Positions 36,905 through 48,441 of a DNA stretch of 64,000 bases are shown piece by piece (position 1 is the stretch's first letter; every line of letters begins with the position of its first letter). Location of the stretch: the NCBI GenBank assembly GCA_963771355.1, contig CAVYTA010000007.1, positions 748,586-812,585 of the forward strand, written 5' to 3'. The position numbers and the translations under genes were made by a program. The notes beneath the pieces were generated by a model. The model saw only the letters and a list, made by a program, of their open reading frames with translations, was not told where the DNA came from and searched no databases. The stretch is from an uncultured Candidatus Rokubacteria bacterium. GTDB taxonomy: Bacteria; Methylomirabilota; Methylomirabilia; Rokubacteriales; CSP1-6.

Positions 36905-39900
36905 TCAGCTCGATCGCGGCCGCGTCGCCTCGGAGTCCAGCGTCGCGAGCTCCGCCTCGGCCTGCGACAGCCAGTGGCGCATGTCCATCTCGCGCAGCAT
37001 CGCGTGCGCGGTGCTCAGGTGTTGCTGGGCCGCCTCGGTGCGCCCCTGCCGCCGGGCCAGGACGCCCCGCGCCAGTTCGGCACGGGCGAGGAGGGGGCGG
37101 AGTCCGAGCTCCTGCGCGATCGACGAGGCGGCTACGAGGTGGGCGTCGACGCTCTCCAGCTCACCGAGCAGGAGCAGGGCCCGTGTCTCATTGCCTCGCT
37201 CGCCGCGCTGGCGAGCCAGCTCGAGGCCGCGGGCGATGTGGTGCTGGGCCGTGGTCGCCGCGCCGTGGACCATGTAGCCTTCGGCGATAAAGACGTGCAT
37301 GCGTGTCTCGTCGGATCGCCGCCCTCCCGCGTCGATCCTGTCGAGCGCGTGCCGAGCAAGGGGATGCCCTCGTCGGCCCTCCCCAACGCGCAGTGGCAGT
37401 GCGCGAGCACCGCCCCCGCGGCGAGCGACATGGCAGCCAGGCCAGCCGCCGCTCTCATGCCCTCCAGCGCGGCTTCGACGGTGGCGATCGCGGAGGGGTA
37501 GTGGCCTCGCCGCGCGAGGATGAGGCCTTGCCCGAGTCGAGCGGCGAGCACGGTCGGAGGATGGTCGATGGACTCGGCGAGCCGGATGGCCTCGTGAACC
37601 GTCTCGAATGCACCGTCGAAGTCGCCTAGCTCCGCTCGACACGCGGCGAGTTCGTTCCGCGCGAACGATGCGGGGTAGAGCGTACGTCCGAGCCGCTGCC
37701 GCTCCAGGTCGCCCTGGAGCAGGGAGATCACGCCCGCGAAGAGATCGATGGCTTTCCGGGCGTCGCCCGCGCTCTGCAGCACTATGCCCAGGTTCACGCC
37801 AGCATGGATCCGGTGCTCCCGCAACCCCTTTGACTGCGCCAGCGCCAGGGCCCGCTCGCCGGTCTCCCGCGCGCGGGGCAGCTCACCGGAGAACCAGAGC
37901 GCGTTCGTCTGGTTTGCCAGCACCCGCACCAGGCGCTCCTCGTTGCCGAGCCGCTCGGCGAGGCTGCGCGCGATCTCCATGTGCTGCGCGAACGCGTCGC
38001 GCTCGTTCAGGGAGAAGAGGGCCGCGCCGATCAGGCACCGCACCTCGATGGTATGGGCGACGGTGTCCGGGGTCTGTGGCAGCCGTCCGAACGCGTCGAT
38101 GGCGGTCTCGAAGTACGCCTTCTGGACCTGGGGCGGCGCCGACCGGTCACCGGCCCGGATGCCAGCGCGGGTACCGTAGAGGGCGGCCTTGTCCCAGTGC
38201 TCCCCGCGCACGGCATGGTGGCGAGCCGCTCGACGTGCTCGGCCAGCCGGTCGGCATGCAGTCGCTCGATGGCCGCCACGATCCGGGCGTGGAGCTCCCG
38301 CGGCGCTCACGGAGCACGCTCCCGTAGGCGACCTCGTGCGTCAGGGCGTGCTTGAACGTGTACTCCGCCTCCGGGAACAAGCGCGTCTCGTAGAGGAACT
38401 CGGCGGCCTGCAGCCGCGCGAGCCCTCGGCGGAGAGCGTCGTCCGACACGTCCGCGATGGCGGCCAGCAGCGTCGAGCGGGACGTCCTTGCCGATCACGG
38501 CGGCCGACTGGAGCAGGCGCTTGTCCTCGGGCGACAGCCGGTCGATGCGCGCGGCGAGGATCGCCTGGACGGTGGCCGGGACCTGGATCGCCCGGCAACG
38601 GTCGCGCCAGGCGATAGGCGCCGCGCTCGCCCGACCAGCGCCCTCGTCTCGACCAGCGTCCGCACGCTCTCCTCCAGGAAGAACGGATTGCCCTCCGTCC
38701 GCTCGATCAAGCAGCGCGCTTCAGCGGGCCGAGGCTCGCATCCTCGCCGAGCAGCGCGTCGAGCAGCTCCTCCGCGCTCTCGGGCGGCAGCGGGTCGAGC
38801 CGGAGCTGCGGGTAGTACGGTCTTGCTGCCCCAGCGGTGCTCGTACTCCGGCCGGTAGTTCACCAGCAGCAGGAGCCGCGCCGCCGGGAGGCTCTCGACC
38901 AGGCGTCGAGGCAGCGCCTGCGTCTCGGAGTCGATCCAGTGCAGGTCCTCGAAGACCAGCAGCAGCGGCTGCACCTGGCTCTCCCGCAGCAGGAGCCGCT
39001 TGAGCGCGTCGAGCGTCCGCTGGCGGCGCTGGGCGGGGTCGAGCGCCGCGCCACCGGGATCGTCGACCGGCACGTCCAGGAGCGCGAGGAGCGCGGGCAG
39101 CGCCGGCTCCAGGGCCGGTCGAGCGTCAGGAGCTTGCCCGTCACCTTCTCGCGGATCTCGCGCGCGTCGTCGCGGTCGCTCGATCCGGAAGTAGCCCTTG
39201 AGCAGCTCGATCACCGGCAGGTAGCACGTGGCCTTGCCGTACGAGACCGCGCCCGCCTCGAGCACGAGCCAGCCGTGCGATGCGGTGGGAGTGGATGAGC
39301 TCCCAGACCAGGCGCGACTTGCCCGACCCCCGGCTCGCCGACGACCGCGACGACCTGGCCGTGCCCGTCGCCGCGCCTGGTCGAGCGCGCGGTCGCAGCT
39401 GCGTCGAGCTCGCGCGTCGCGCCCGACGAACCGGGTCAGGCCGCGGGCCGCCGCGGCCTGCAGGCGCGTGCGCGCCGCGCCCGCCCCGGTCAGCTCGTAG
39501 ACCTCGACGGGCTCGGCCAGCCCCTTGACCGGCACCGGCCCGAGCGGCTCTCACCTCGACGTAGCCCTCGGCCAGCGCCAGGGTCGTCGGCGGTCAGAGC
39601 GATCGCGCCGGGCATCGGCAGCTGCTCCATGCGGGCGGCCAGGTGGGTGGTCTGGCCGACGGCGGTGTAGTCCATGTGCAGGTCGCTGCCGATCGCGCGC
39701 ACGACCACCTCGCCGGTGTTCAGCCCGACCCGGATCTGCGACCGTCGACGCCGTGCTCGCGGCGCGACCGCCTCGGCGTAGCGCGCGACCGCCTCCTGCA
39801 TGCCAGGGCGGCGTAGCAGGCGCGCACGGCGTGGTCCTCGTGGGCGAGCGGCGCGCCGAAGAGCGCCATGATGCCGTCGCCCATCACCTGGTTCACGGTG

Positions 39901-40283
39901 CCCTCGTAGCGGTGGACGGCGTCCATCATGAGCTCGAGGACGGGATCGAGGAGCGTGCGGCGTCCTCGGGGTCGCGGTCGGCGAGCAGCTCCATCGAGCC
40001 CTCGAGGTCGGCGAACAGGACGGTGACCTGCTTGCGCTCGCCCTCGAGCGCGGCCTTCGAGGTGAGGATCCGCTCGGCGAGGTGCCGGGCGTGTAGGTCG
40101 CGGGGCGCGGCGCGCGGCGGCAGCCGCGGCCACCGGGTGCGCACACGCCGAGCAGAACTTCGCCGCGGGGGCGAGCGGCGCGCCGCAGCTCGCGCACCGG
40201 GCCTCCAGGGGCGCGGCGCACTCGTGGCAGAACCTGGCTCCGGGCGGCGTGGCCGTCCGACATCGCGGGCACTGGATGGTCAT
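36905..40283 (-). pseudogene. Second zinc ribbon-cyclase-AAA-TPR protein, frameshifted
   Basis: MTIQCPRC, GERKQVTVLFADL, GDGIMALFGAP, LVFEDLHWID, TEGNPFFLEE, YTFKHALTHEVAY. Confidence 0.85.
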
Positions 40284-40411
40284 GTGAGCGGCTCGATGTT
40301 TGGGTTAGCCGATAATGCGGCCGCCGTCAATTCGCCGAGCCCGCCGGCGCCGCGGGGGTCGGCGACGGCGGCCAGGTCTCCTGCCGGGTAGCACCCGGTG
40401 GCCCTCGCGCG

Positions 40412-40766
40412 CTAGCCGCGTTGCGGGGTTGGCGCCGCCGGCCTGGGGCGGGCGCTGCGGGTCACCGTCACCTCGGAGCCCTTCACCTGGCTGCCGCAGT
40501 CCGGGCACTCGTAGCGCAGTCGCACCTCGTGGCCGCAGGGCGCGTGGACGAGGCGTGCGCGCTTGTCGACGTGGCGGGTGCCCCACTGGGCCAGCGCGCC
40601 AACCACCGTTCCCAGCTCGCGGCCGCGCTCGGTCAGTGTGTACTCCGCACGCGGCGGCCGGTCCGAGTAGAGCCGGCGCGACACCAGCCCCTGCTCCTCC
40701 ATCCACTTGAGGCGGTCGGAGAGGATGTTGGGCGCGATCCCGGTGAGCGAGTCGAGCAGGTCCTGG
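40412..40766 (-). pseudogene. HxlR-family regulator, 5'-truncated at repeat R4
   Basis: QDLLDSLTGIAPNILSDRLK...PPRAEYTLTERGREL; N-terminal helix missing. Confidence 0.8.
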
Positions 40767-40770
40767 CAGG

Positions 40771-40895
40771 AGGATAGGCAACATCAACGCCCTCCGGCGG
40801 CGGGCACCCGGGGGTCCGCACGGCGTGGGTCCCGTCCCCGTGACATAACCTGCCAGACCCGGACGCTGGCCGCCCCAGGAGCCGACGGCACCAGC
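40771..40895 (-). repeat. oriIS-end repeat R4
   Basis: AGGATAGGCAACATCAACGCC...CCAGGAGCCGACGGCACCAGC. Confidence 0.9.
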
Positions 40896-40905
40896 GGGGC
40901 CCTCG

Positions 40906-41172
40906 TTAGTCCTTCTTGTGCTTCAGGACCATGCCATCCTCCGCGACGTGCACCTCGTACTTTTTGTTGTCGCGGACGTACTCAACCTCGTACACCTTCT
41001 TTCCCTTTTGGGTCTCGCGCTCGATTTCCTTGATACTGGCCCCCTTCGTTTCCTTCTCAATCGTCGCCCGGACTGGGGCCGGCACCTGATCAATCGTCAC
41101 CTTGTCGCCCGCGAACACTACCGAGGGCAGTACCACCGACGCCGCCAGAATCAGCACCCCGAACTTGCGCAT
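40906..41172 (-). CDS. PepSY-like secreted protein
   Basis: GGAGG RBS, signal peptide, VPAPVRATIEKE...YEVEY...EVHVAEDG. Confidence 0.75.
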   Translation of the reverse strand: MRKFGVLILAASVVLPSVVFAGDKVTIDQVPAPVRATIEKETKGASIKEIERETQKGKKVYEVEYVRDNKKYEVHVAEDGMVLKHKKD

Positions 41173-41624
41173 ATGTTCTGTTCCTCCTGCGGCCGATGAT
41201 CGCCCAGATTCGATAGCCGCACAAGGGCGAGATCCAGCCGGCTGCCAGTTTGGTTCCAAGCAAGAGTGCATCCCCGCCTCGTTTTCCAGCAATCCTGGGA
41301 CTTCACCTGCCAGTCTGCTACCTGCTACCAAACTGCTACCCAAAGGCCCCCGTCAGCCCTCCCGCAGGGTTACGCCCCGGCCGCGGATTCCAGACCCTCC
41401 TCTCGCGGGAATGCTTCGTCGCGGCGGCTCGTCGAAGGATAGTCCCGAACGCGCCGGCCGGTTGACGGCGGCGATGTGTCCGGCATAGCATGTCCCTCAC
41501 TCGGCGGCTCGCTCGACGTGTGAAAAGGCCGTTGGAGTCCAAGATGATCCGCCTCGACACGCGCGCACGGGCGTCCGCGCTCGTACTACTCCTGTGTTCA
41601 TGCGTCACACCGAAGGAGACTTCT

Positions 41625-42299
41625 ATGGCAGCACAGACCGCCAATCTCTATCTCGAGGATCTCGACGACGCAAGCAAAACGAGGCAGCTCCCGAATAGCG
41701 ATCTCGCTGCGCTTCGCACCGTCGCAGACTGGATCAAGAGTTTCGTGACCAAGCCTCACAAGGATCTCGGCCGCGATGGGCCCGTGTGCCCCTTCGTGCC
41801 TGAAGCCATGCAGCGGAAGACTCTTTGGCTCGCTTCCGAACACATCGCTGGCCGCAGTGTGGCAGATGTGGTCCAGCTCGTAAACGGATACAAGACGCAG
41901 CTCCTGCAACAACCCTTTCATGGGGAGGGCGTTAATTACAACTCAATCGTCGTTGTTTTCACCGATCTGTCGGCGGATCGTACAAAAGGTCTCTTCGACG
42001 ACGTCCTGAAGCAACTTGCAGTTCCATCATATGTGGAGGATGGGCTGGTGATGGGAGGGTTCTACGAGAGCAACGAGGCAACTGCGATATACAATCGAAG
42101 CTTTCGACCATTCACGCCGCCCGTGCCGTTTCTGCTCATGAGGCATGCGGTCATCAGCGACTGGAAGTTCTTCTTGGACAACGACGACTGGCTCAACCGT
42201 TGGGCGCATCGCTATAGAGAGTCCGGAGTCCGGGCTCTCGCTGAGGAACTACGCCGCTTGCCATGGCGCGCGGGGGGCGACGAATCCCACAACAAATGA
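41625..42299 (+). CDS. DUF6875-like hypothetical protein
   Basis: AAGGAG RBS; PHKDLGRDGPVCPFVP and FRPFTPPVPFLLMRH. Confidence 0.6.
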   Translation: MAAQTANLYLEDLDDASKTRQLPNSDLAALRTVADWIKSFVTKPHKDLGRDGPVCPFVPEAMQRKTLWLASEHIAGRSVADVVQLVNGYKTQLLQQPFHGEGVNYNSIVVVFTDLSADRTKGLFDDVLKQLAVPSYVEDGLVMGGFYESNEATAIYNRSFRPFTPPVPFLLMRHAVISDWKFFLDNDDWLNRWAHRYRESGVRALAEELRRLPWRAGGDESHNK

Positions 42300-42569
42300 G
42301 CTCGGTACAACGAGTGTTCGGCGTGGTGGTCGGGCGCATTCGAGGCCACGTCGTCGAGAGTTTGTGGGCACGCTGGCCGCCGACGAGGTTCGGAAGCGGT
42401 ACCTCGATCGGTACGTTGGCCACGTTTTTCCTGCTGGTGCACGGAACCCGATCAGGTACCTGAACCTTCGCAAGAAGCCCGCTAAGCGCACGCTGCGCGC
42501 TAGAGCGGATCGCTAGCTCGCATGCATCCGCCCCAGCCGCCCGAGGTCGCGCTGGGGGCCCTCTTCAAG

Positions 42570-42627
42570 AGGATAGGCAACATCAACGCCCCCCGGCGGC
42601 GGGCACCCCACGCGTGGTCCCCGTCCC
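42570..42627 (-). repeat. oriIS-end repeat R3 (58 bp, shortened)
   Basis: AGGATAGGCAACATCAACGCC...GTGGTCCCCGTCCC. Confidence 0.88.
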
Positions 42628-45119
42628 ACCGGCGCCACGAAGCGCCTGGCGCGCTGTCGCCAGGAACTCCGGTTCGGTGGTGCTCGATTGCAGGAGGCGG
42701 CGGTAGATCGCTTCCGCAGCGAGGCGGTCGCCGCGCGCGACCAGGCACTGCACCGCGCCCACCAGTGCGCGGGGCTCGGCCGGTGAGCCCGGGGTCAGGT
42801 ACGCCGAGGTCAAATACATGTCGAGCGCGTCTTCATGTTGACCCGCGCCGCGGAGTATCTCTGCGACGCGGTACGCCGCCTCGCCGCTCGTCTCCCGGTC
42901 TTGGGTTCGCGCGAGACCGTTCGCAGGTAGGAGCTTTCGGTAAACGGCCACGGCCTCGTTCAACGCGCGCAGAGCGGTCAGGGAACTGCCGGCGCCGAGC
43001 AGCGCCAGCCGCGCCCATCTCGAGCCTTCTGCGACATATGCTGCCGTCATGTACCACTCGACCGCGTCCGCGTGCAGTCCCTCGGCGTTCAAGGTTCGAC
43101 CGAGGCGGTACGCAGCCTCCGCCGCAACCTCGCCATCGGTCTGGGCGACCACGCCGTAGCAGGAGGGGTGGCATCCGGTCCACTTCCCCGAAGTCCTCGA
43201 GAAGCCGAGCGTGCGAGAGCAGGCTCTGCGTTGATCGCTCGATGCGAGGATAGTCCCGGAGCACCCGGTCGTAGGCGGCGAGCGCCTCCCGGCGGCGGCC
43301 GCCCGTCTCGTCCATCTGGGCGAGCAGGAGCAACGCGCGCGGTGCGGCGTCGCCGCCAGCAGCCGCCGCCTGCTCGAGCTGGGCACGAGCCTGAACCGTC
43401 GCGCCCGTTCGGAACAGGGCCTCGGCGAACTCCACCTGCTCGCTCCGACCCATCGGCGTACCGGGGTAACGCGCGACCAGCTTTTCATAGGCCCGGCGTG
43501 CGATCGGCCATTGTCCGGTGGAAGCCGACGCTGCGGCCACCCGGGCCAGAAGCACGGGAGCCGCTGGATAGGAGGGAAAGTCATCGACGAGCCGGCCAGC
43601 CAGCGCGTCCACGCTCACGTCGGACCAGCCGCGGTTCGCTGCTGCGAGCAGCACGAAGCCGTGAAGCAGGTACGGGGTGCGCTCGCGTTCTTGCCCCAGC
43701 AAGCGGGTGGTGAACGACTCGAGAGGCTCGGTACCACTCGCCCGGACGCCTCCACCAGCGCCGTGGCCCCACGACGCATTACGCGGCGGTTCGTCCAGAC
43801 CCCCTTCGGCTCCCGGCACCGCGAGCGCCGCGCTCAGTCTCGCACTCGCGTCGATGACCAGAGGCTCGCTCGACTGAACCAGCACGTCGAGCTCGCGCAC
43901 CGCTTCATCCTCGTGGTCTCGGCGGAGCGCGAGAACGGATCGGCTCAATCTCGCGATCCCAGCGTGCAGCGTCGATGGATACTGCGCGATGAGCCGGTGG
44001 AACAGGGCGTGAGCCGCCACCGTGTCGCCCCCCTGGCTTGCCACCTCCGCGGCGAGCACGCACGCGAGGGGAGCGCGAGCATCGGCCGGAAACTTGTCGG
44101 CGACCCCGGTCCACGATCGTCGGGCGCGGGCGCGATCACCAAGCCGAAACTCTGCCCAACCCAGTGCCATGGCGGCGCCAGGGGTTTCCGGTGCCTTTTC
44201 GTGCCTCGACAGAAATTCCCGGTAGCGAGCGGCGGCCTGGCCGTACGAACGCATTCCATACGCGGCGTCGGCGGCGACGAGGAGAGCCGCTGACCGCACA
44301 GCCTCCGGCACACCGCCGCGGAGCAACATCTCGGCCCCGCTTTGAGCCTGGCGGAAGTTGCCTGTCGCGAGGTCCGCCTGGGCCTGGCTCAGTAATGTCT
44401 TCCTTGCCGCCAGAGCACCGGCCGCAGGGGAGGTAACGCCGTCTCCTCCTGTCGCCGTCGCGCCGTCATTACCGCCGCCGGGCGCACCGGCACCCGCACC
44501 ACCGCCTCCGGCACTCCCCGGCGCCGGGCCCGAGCTACCGGCGGCGCCGCTACTAGCGCCAGAGCCACCGCCACTGCCGGACCCGCCCGCACTACCCGAG
44601 CCCCCGCCCGCGCCGGAGCCACCGCCACTGCCGGCGCTGCTGCCCCCCGCACCACTGCCGCCACCCGAGGCACCGCCGCCGCCCGAGCCACCGCCGCCGC
44701 CCGAGCCACCGCCGCCGCCCGAGCCACCGCCGCCGCCCGAGCCGCCACCGCCGCCCGCCACCGCCACCGCCCGAACCACCGCCACCGCCCGAGCCACCGC
44801 CACCGCCCGAGCCACCGCCACCGCCCGAGCCACCGCCACCGCCCGAGCCACCGCCACCGCCCGAGCCACCGCCACCGCCCGAGCCGCCTCCCCCGCCTCC
44901 GCCACCCCCGCCGCCGCCTCCGCCACCCCCGCCGCCGCCTCCGCCACCCCCGCCGCCTTTGGCGATAAGGACGTGTCCGTGCGTGTCGCTGGTATCGCTC
45001 GGCGCCAGTCTGACCGTCGAATCGTCCTTCGGGGCAGCGGTGACGCGGGGAGCCGCTATCGGGATGGTCAAGCCGATCGCGAAGAGCGCCGCAAGGATGG
45101 CGCGGTAGATGGAGACCAT
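42628..45119 (-). CDS. Secreted TPR protein with long Gly/Ser linker, frameshifted, 3' end runs into R3
   Basis: Signal peptide MVSIYRAILAALFAIG, (GGGGGS)n, then TPR-like helices (AYEKLVARYP, AYDRVLRDYP). Confidence 0.7.
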
Positions 45120-45395
45120 CGGGGCAACTGGCTGCACTCGTTGTGCCCGTGACCTCGGCGATCTGCGCTGCGCAAACTCGGGCGGCCGGGCCAGGGAACC
45201 CTGGCGGGCTGCGGCATGCCCCCGGGCGAGAGTGATCACCCCGCGTTCCTTCCTCGACGCGTTCTGACTTCGACTTATACTGCTTCGCGCCGGCCGCACC
45301 GTCAAGGCCCCCCTTTGGCCTCGGGGGCAGCGACACCTGAGCCCACGGGCTGAAAAGCTAGAGGAACCCGAGCGCGCCCAGCGCCACCCTCCTTG

Positions 45396-45509
45396 AGGAT
45401 AGGCAACATCAACGCCCTCCGGCGGCGGGCACCCTACGCGTGGCCCCCGTCCCCGTGACCTAACCGCCCAGACTCAGACGCCAGCCGCCCCAGGAGCCGC
45501 TGTCACAGC
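45396..45509 (-). repeat. oriIS-end repeat R2
   Basis: 114 bp; 3 substitutions versus 48464-48577 by eye. Confidence 0.93.
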
Positions 45510-46074
45510 GACCTTCTTGCCGCCCGAGAGTGGAGGCCGTCAAAAGCCGCCAGCGTTGCCGGGCTACCGGCCACATTTCGTTGTCGACGGCACGACTGAC
45601 TATCTCGGCGTCATCTTCACCAAAGCGGGTGCGGCGCCAGAATTCGGGAAAGCCGTCCGCGCGACAGCTCAGTGCGTATACGACGGCGTCGACTACTCAC
45701 GCCGGTTGCCCGGGACCCGGTTCAACGTCGTCGAGGGTACCCGCGTCGTCGCGCACGGCGTTGTTCTCCGATTGTTCTCCCACGATAGCGAGCGCGCACC
45801 CCTGCCGACGACGCCAGACCTTTTCCGCGAGGAGCTTCGACTTTACGTGACTCTTGCTCGGCAGCTTGGCCGAAATCGAAGAGGTCCACGGTCAACCGGC
45901 GAGTGTCGTTCTCGAGCGCTGGATCTCGCGCGAAGAATCGGCGCGCCGCTTCGATCGGGCTGTGCGGCGCGGCGGAATATCTGCAACCGTTCCTGTGCTG
46001 CCACTCCCTCAGGCAAGCAGCAAAGGAATCACGCTCAACGCCTCGTCTCGTACCTGGTCAGGACGGAATCACGC

Positions 46075-46638
46075 TCAACGCCTCGTCTCGTACCTGGTCA
46101 GGACCACGCCGCCGGGAAACGTCCGCGTCTCCACCAGGTTCAGGTTCACCCAGCTATCCAGCGCGGTGAAGAACGGTGTGCCGCCGCCCACCAGCACCGG
46201 ATGGGTCACGATCTCGTACTCGTCGATCAGCCCGGCCCGCATGGCCGCCCCAGCGAGCGCTGCGCCACCAACCCTCATCGGCTCGCCGTCCTCGGCCTTG
46301 AGCCGGGTGATCTCCGCGACCGCGTCGCCGGTGACCAGGCGAGTGTTCCAGTCGACCTTGTCGACCGTCGAGGAGAACACCACCTTCGGCGTATCCCGCC
46401 AGTTCCGCGCAAACTCGATCTGCGCCGGGGTGGCACCCGGCTGCTGGTCGCCGGTCGGCCAGTAGGAACTCATGGTTTCCCACAGCTTGCGCCCGTACAA
46501 CAACAGGCCGATCGCTAGCTCCTGGTCGAGCCACCACTGAAACAGCTCGTCGCTCGGCCCGCTCCAGCCGAGGTCGTCGCCGGGCGCGGCGACGTAGCCG
46601 TCCAGGGTCAGGTTCATGCCGTAGATCAGTTTCCGCAT
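46075..46638 (-). CDS. Dihydrofolate reductase (RibD C-terminal) family protein
   Basis: MNLTLDGY, LLYGRKLWE, PKVVFSST, GLIDEY, PVLVGGGTPFF. Confidence 0.9.
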   Translation of the reverse strand: MRKLIYGMNLTLDGYVAAPGDDLGWSGPSDELFQWWLDQELAIGLLLYGRKLWETMSSYWPTGDQQPGATPAQIEFARNWRDTPKVVFSSTVDKVDWNTRLVTGDAVAEITRLKAEDGEPMRVGGAALAGAAMRAGLIDEYEIVTHPVLVGGGTPFFTALDSWVNLNLVETRTFPGGVVLTRYETRR

Positions 46639-46964
46639 GGCGCCATGCCTTTCTGTCAGTCGGTTTCGGGAGTCTAGACCGGCTCGGCGCAGACAACTGA
46701 TCAATGCGCGATCTGCTTTACAACTTTCACGGGCTCGAATGCCGCTTCACCCATCCCGATGGCACCGTCGTCGATGTCGCTCTGACCACGCTTCGCCGTG
46801 GTGAACTTGTTGTCGTCGATTTCGCGGCTGCGGTGCCGATCGATGCAGGATTCCTCGCTGAGTTCTGTAGAACACGCCCCGGAGGCAAGCTGCCCCGTCT
46901 CGACTTCGCGGGCGCGTTACGACAGCTCGACGCTCTGGGAGCCCAAGGGGAGCTCGCCGTCCAG

Positions 46965-47077
46965 AGGATAGGCAACATCAACGCCCTCTGGCGGCGGGCA
47001 CCCCACGCGTGGCCCCCGTCCCGTGACCTAACCGCCCAGACTCGGACGCCAGCCGCCCCAGGAGCCGCTGTCACAGC
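46965..47077 (-). repeat. oriIS-end repeat R1
   Basis: Identical to 48464-48577 except one C in a homopolymer. Confidence 0.95.
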
Positions 47078-47458
47078 GTCCTCGCCGACCGCTCGCAGTT
47101 CTTCAAGGATCTCAGCGCCCCGTTCTACGGCGCCAACCGGCCGGGGGCCAAGGTCTCACAAGGGCTGCGCGACTCCTTCTGGCTCCAGGGGATGCAGGCC
47201 GGGTTCAAGGGCGTCATCGATTGCATCAAGGCCTTCTCGGAGACGAACTTCACCGAGGACCTCAAGAAGATCGACGTGCCGACCCTGATCCTGCACGGCG
47301 ACGACGACCAGATCGTGCCAATCGGCGCCTCGGCCCTCCTTTCCGCCAAGCTGGTCAAGGCGAACATGCTGAAGGTCTACCCGGGCCTGCCCCACGGTAT
47401 GTGCTCGACCCACAAGGACCAGGTCAACGCGGATCTTCTGGCCTTCCTGAAGGGGTAG
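47078..47458 (+). pseudogene. Non-heme chloroperoxidase (alpha/beta hydrolase), 3' half only
   Basis: [19 protein letters not shown]...[17 protein letters not shown]...HGMCST; starts mid-gene at the R1 boundary. Confidence 0.88.
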
Positions 47459-47553
47459 CTGGCACCATGATCTGGGGCATGTCGGGACCCCCGACGACGA
47501 CGTCCGTCCGCTCATCTTCCTGATGTCCGACGAGGACGTCACCCTCTCGCGGC

Positions 47554-48441
47554 TCAGAAGCGAAATGTCAGTCCCGTCGCGATGGTCTGCACGTCCTTGG
47601 CGTTGGTACCGTACTCGAGAAACAGGTCCCAGTGCCGGAACAACGTGACGGACCCGCCGATCGTGGCGTTCAGGGGATGAGTCGGCGCCTGCCGGGCCTC
47701 GAAGCTGACCTTCCCGACGTTCGGCACGGTCACGGTCGCGCTCGCCGTGCTCTCGGTACCCCAGTACATCCCGCCGAGCCAGAGGCGGACCGGGGCGTAC
47801 AGGACCTTGCCGTTCCACCCGACCCGGATGGTCCCCACGAGCGCCTTGAAGCGATCGTCGAACCCGATATCGGTCTGCGTGTAGTTCACGTCGCCAAGAA
47901 CGAAGAACTGGCGGTACCCTCCCGCCAGGGTGACCCCGGCCCCTCCCACGAAGCCCTCCAGCTGACTCTTGCCCGACACATCGAAGGTCAGCGAGCCGGG
48001 CAGCGGGCCCGGCCGCGGCACCGTCACGGTGCCCCGCGTGGTGGTGTTGTTGATCACGGCGCCGACGAGGGCATAGACGTCGAGGAAGGGCAGCAGCCAC
48101 GCATCGAACCGCAGCGCCGCCACGCTGGTGTGGCTGCGGGACCCGAGGCTCACGAACCGGCTCACGTCACGAAGGGGTGCGCCATTGAGGCCCAGCCGCA
48201 CATCGGAGACGTCGACATCCCGCTCGATGTAGTAGTAGACGGCGGAAAGCCCGAGCGGCAAGGGGAGCTCGTACCCGCGCTTCACGGCCTCGCCCGCGAA
48301 GAACGGGAGCGCGTGCGGCCATTGCCCTTCGTCCGTGGCTGCGATGGCGCCGGCGGCCGAGCGAGGCGGGTCCGCCGCCGCGGTGGGAGTTACGACGACC
48401 AGCACGAGAAGGAGCACGATCGGGACGGGCGAGACGCGCAT
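47554..48441 (-). CDS. Putative outer-membrane beta-barrel protein
   Basis: Signal peptide, amphipathic beta strands, C-terminal Phe (LTFRF); starts 22 bp after the element end. Confidence 0.65.
   Translation of the reverse strand: MRVSPVPIVLLLVLVVVTPTAAADPPRSAAGAIAATDEGQWPHALPFFAGEAVKRGYELPLPLGLSAVYYYIERDVDVSDVRLGLNGAPLRDVSRFVSLGSRSHTSVAALRFDAWLLPFLDVYALVGAVINNTTTRGTVTVPRPGPLPGSLTFDVSGKSQLEGFVGGAGVTLAGGYRQFFVLGDVNYTQTDIGFDDRFKALVGTIRVGWNGKVLYAPVRLWLGGMYWGTESTASATVTVPNVGKVSFEARQAPTHPLNATIGGSVTLFRHWDLFLEYGTNAKDVQTIATGLTFRF

Noticed and set aside
15508..44800. Programmed frameshifting or true pseudogenisation of the many broken island genes
   Set aside because: Scattered 1-nt indels in otherwise well-conserved genes fit long-read or low-coverage consensus errors equally well; this cannot be decided without reads.
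44358..45152. Pro-rich plus-strand ORF and AVAVAR/WRWLGR repeat ORFs
   Set aside because: Alternative frames of the Gly-Ser repeat tract.
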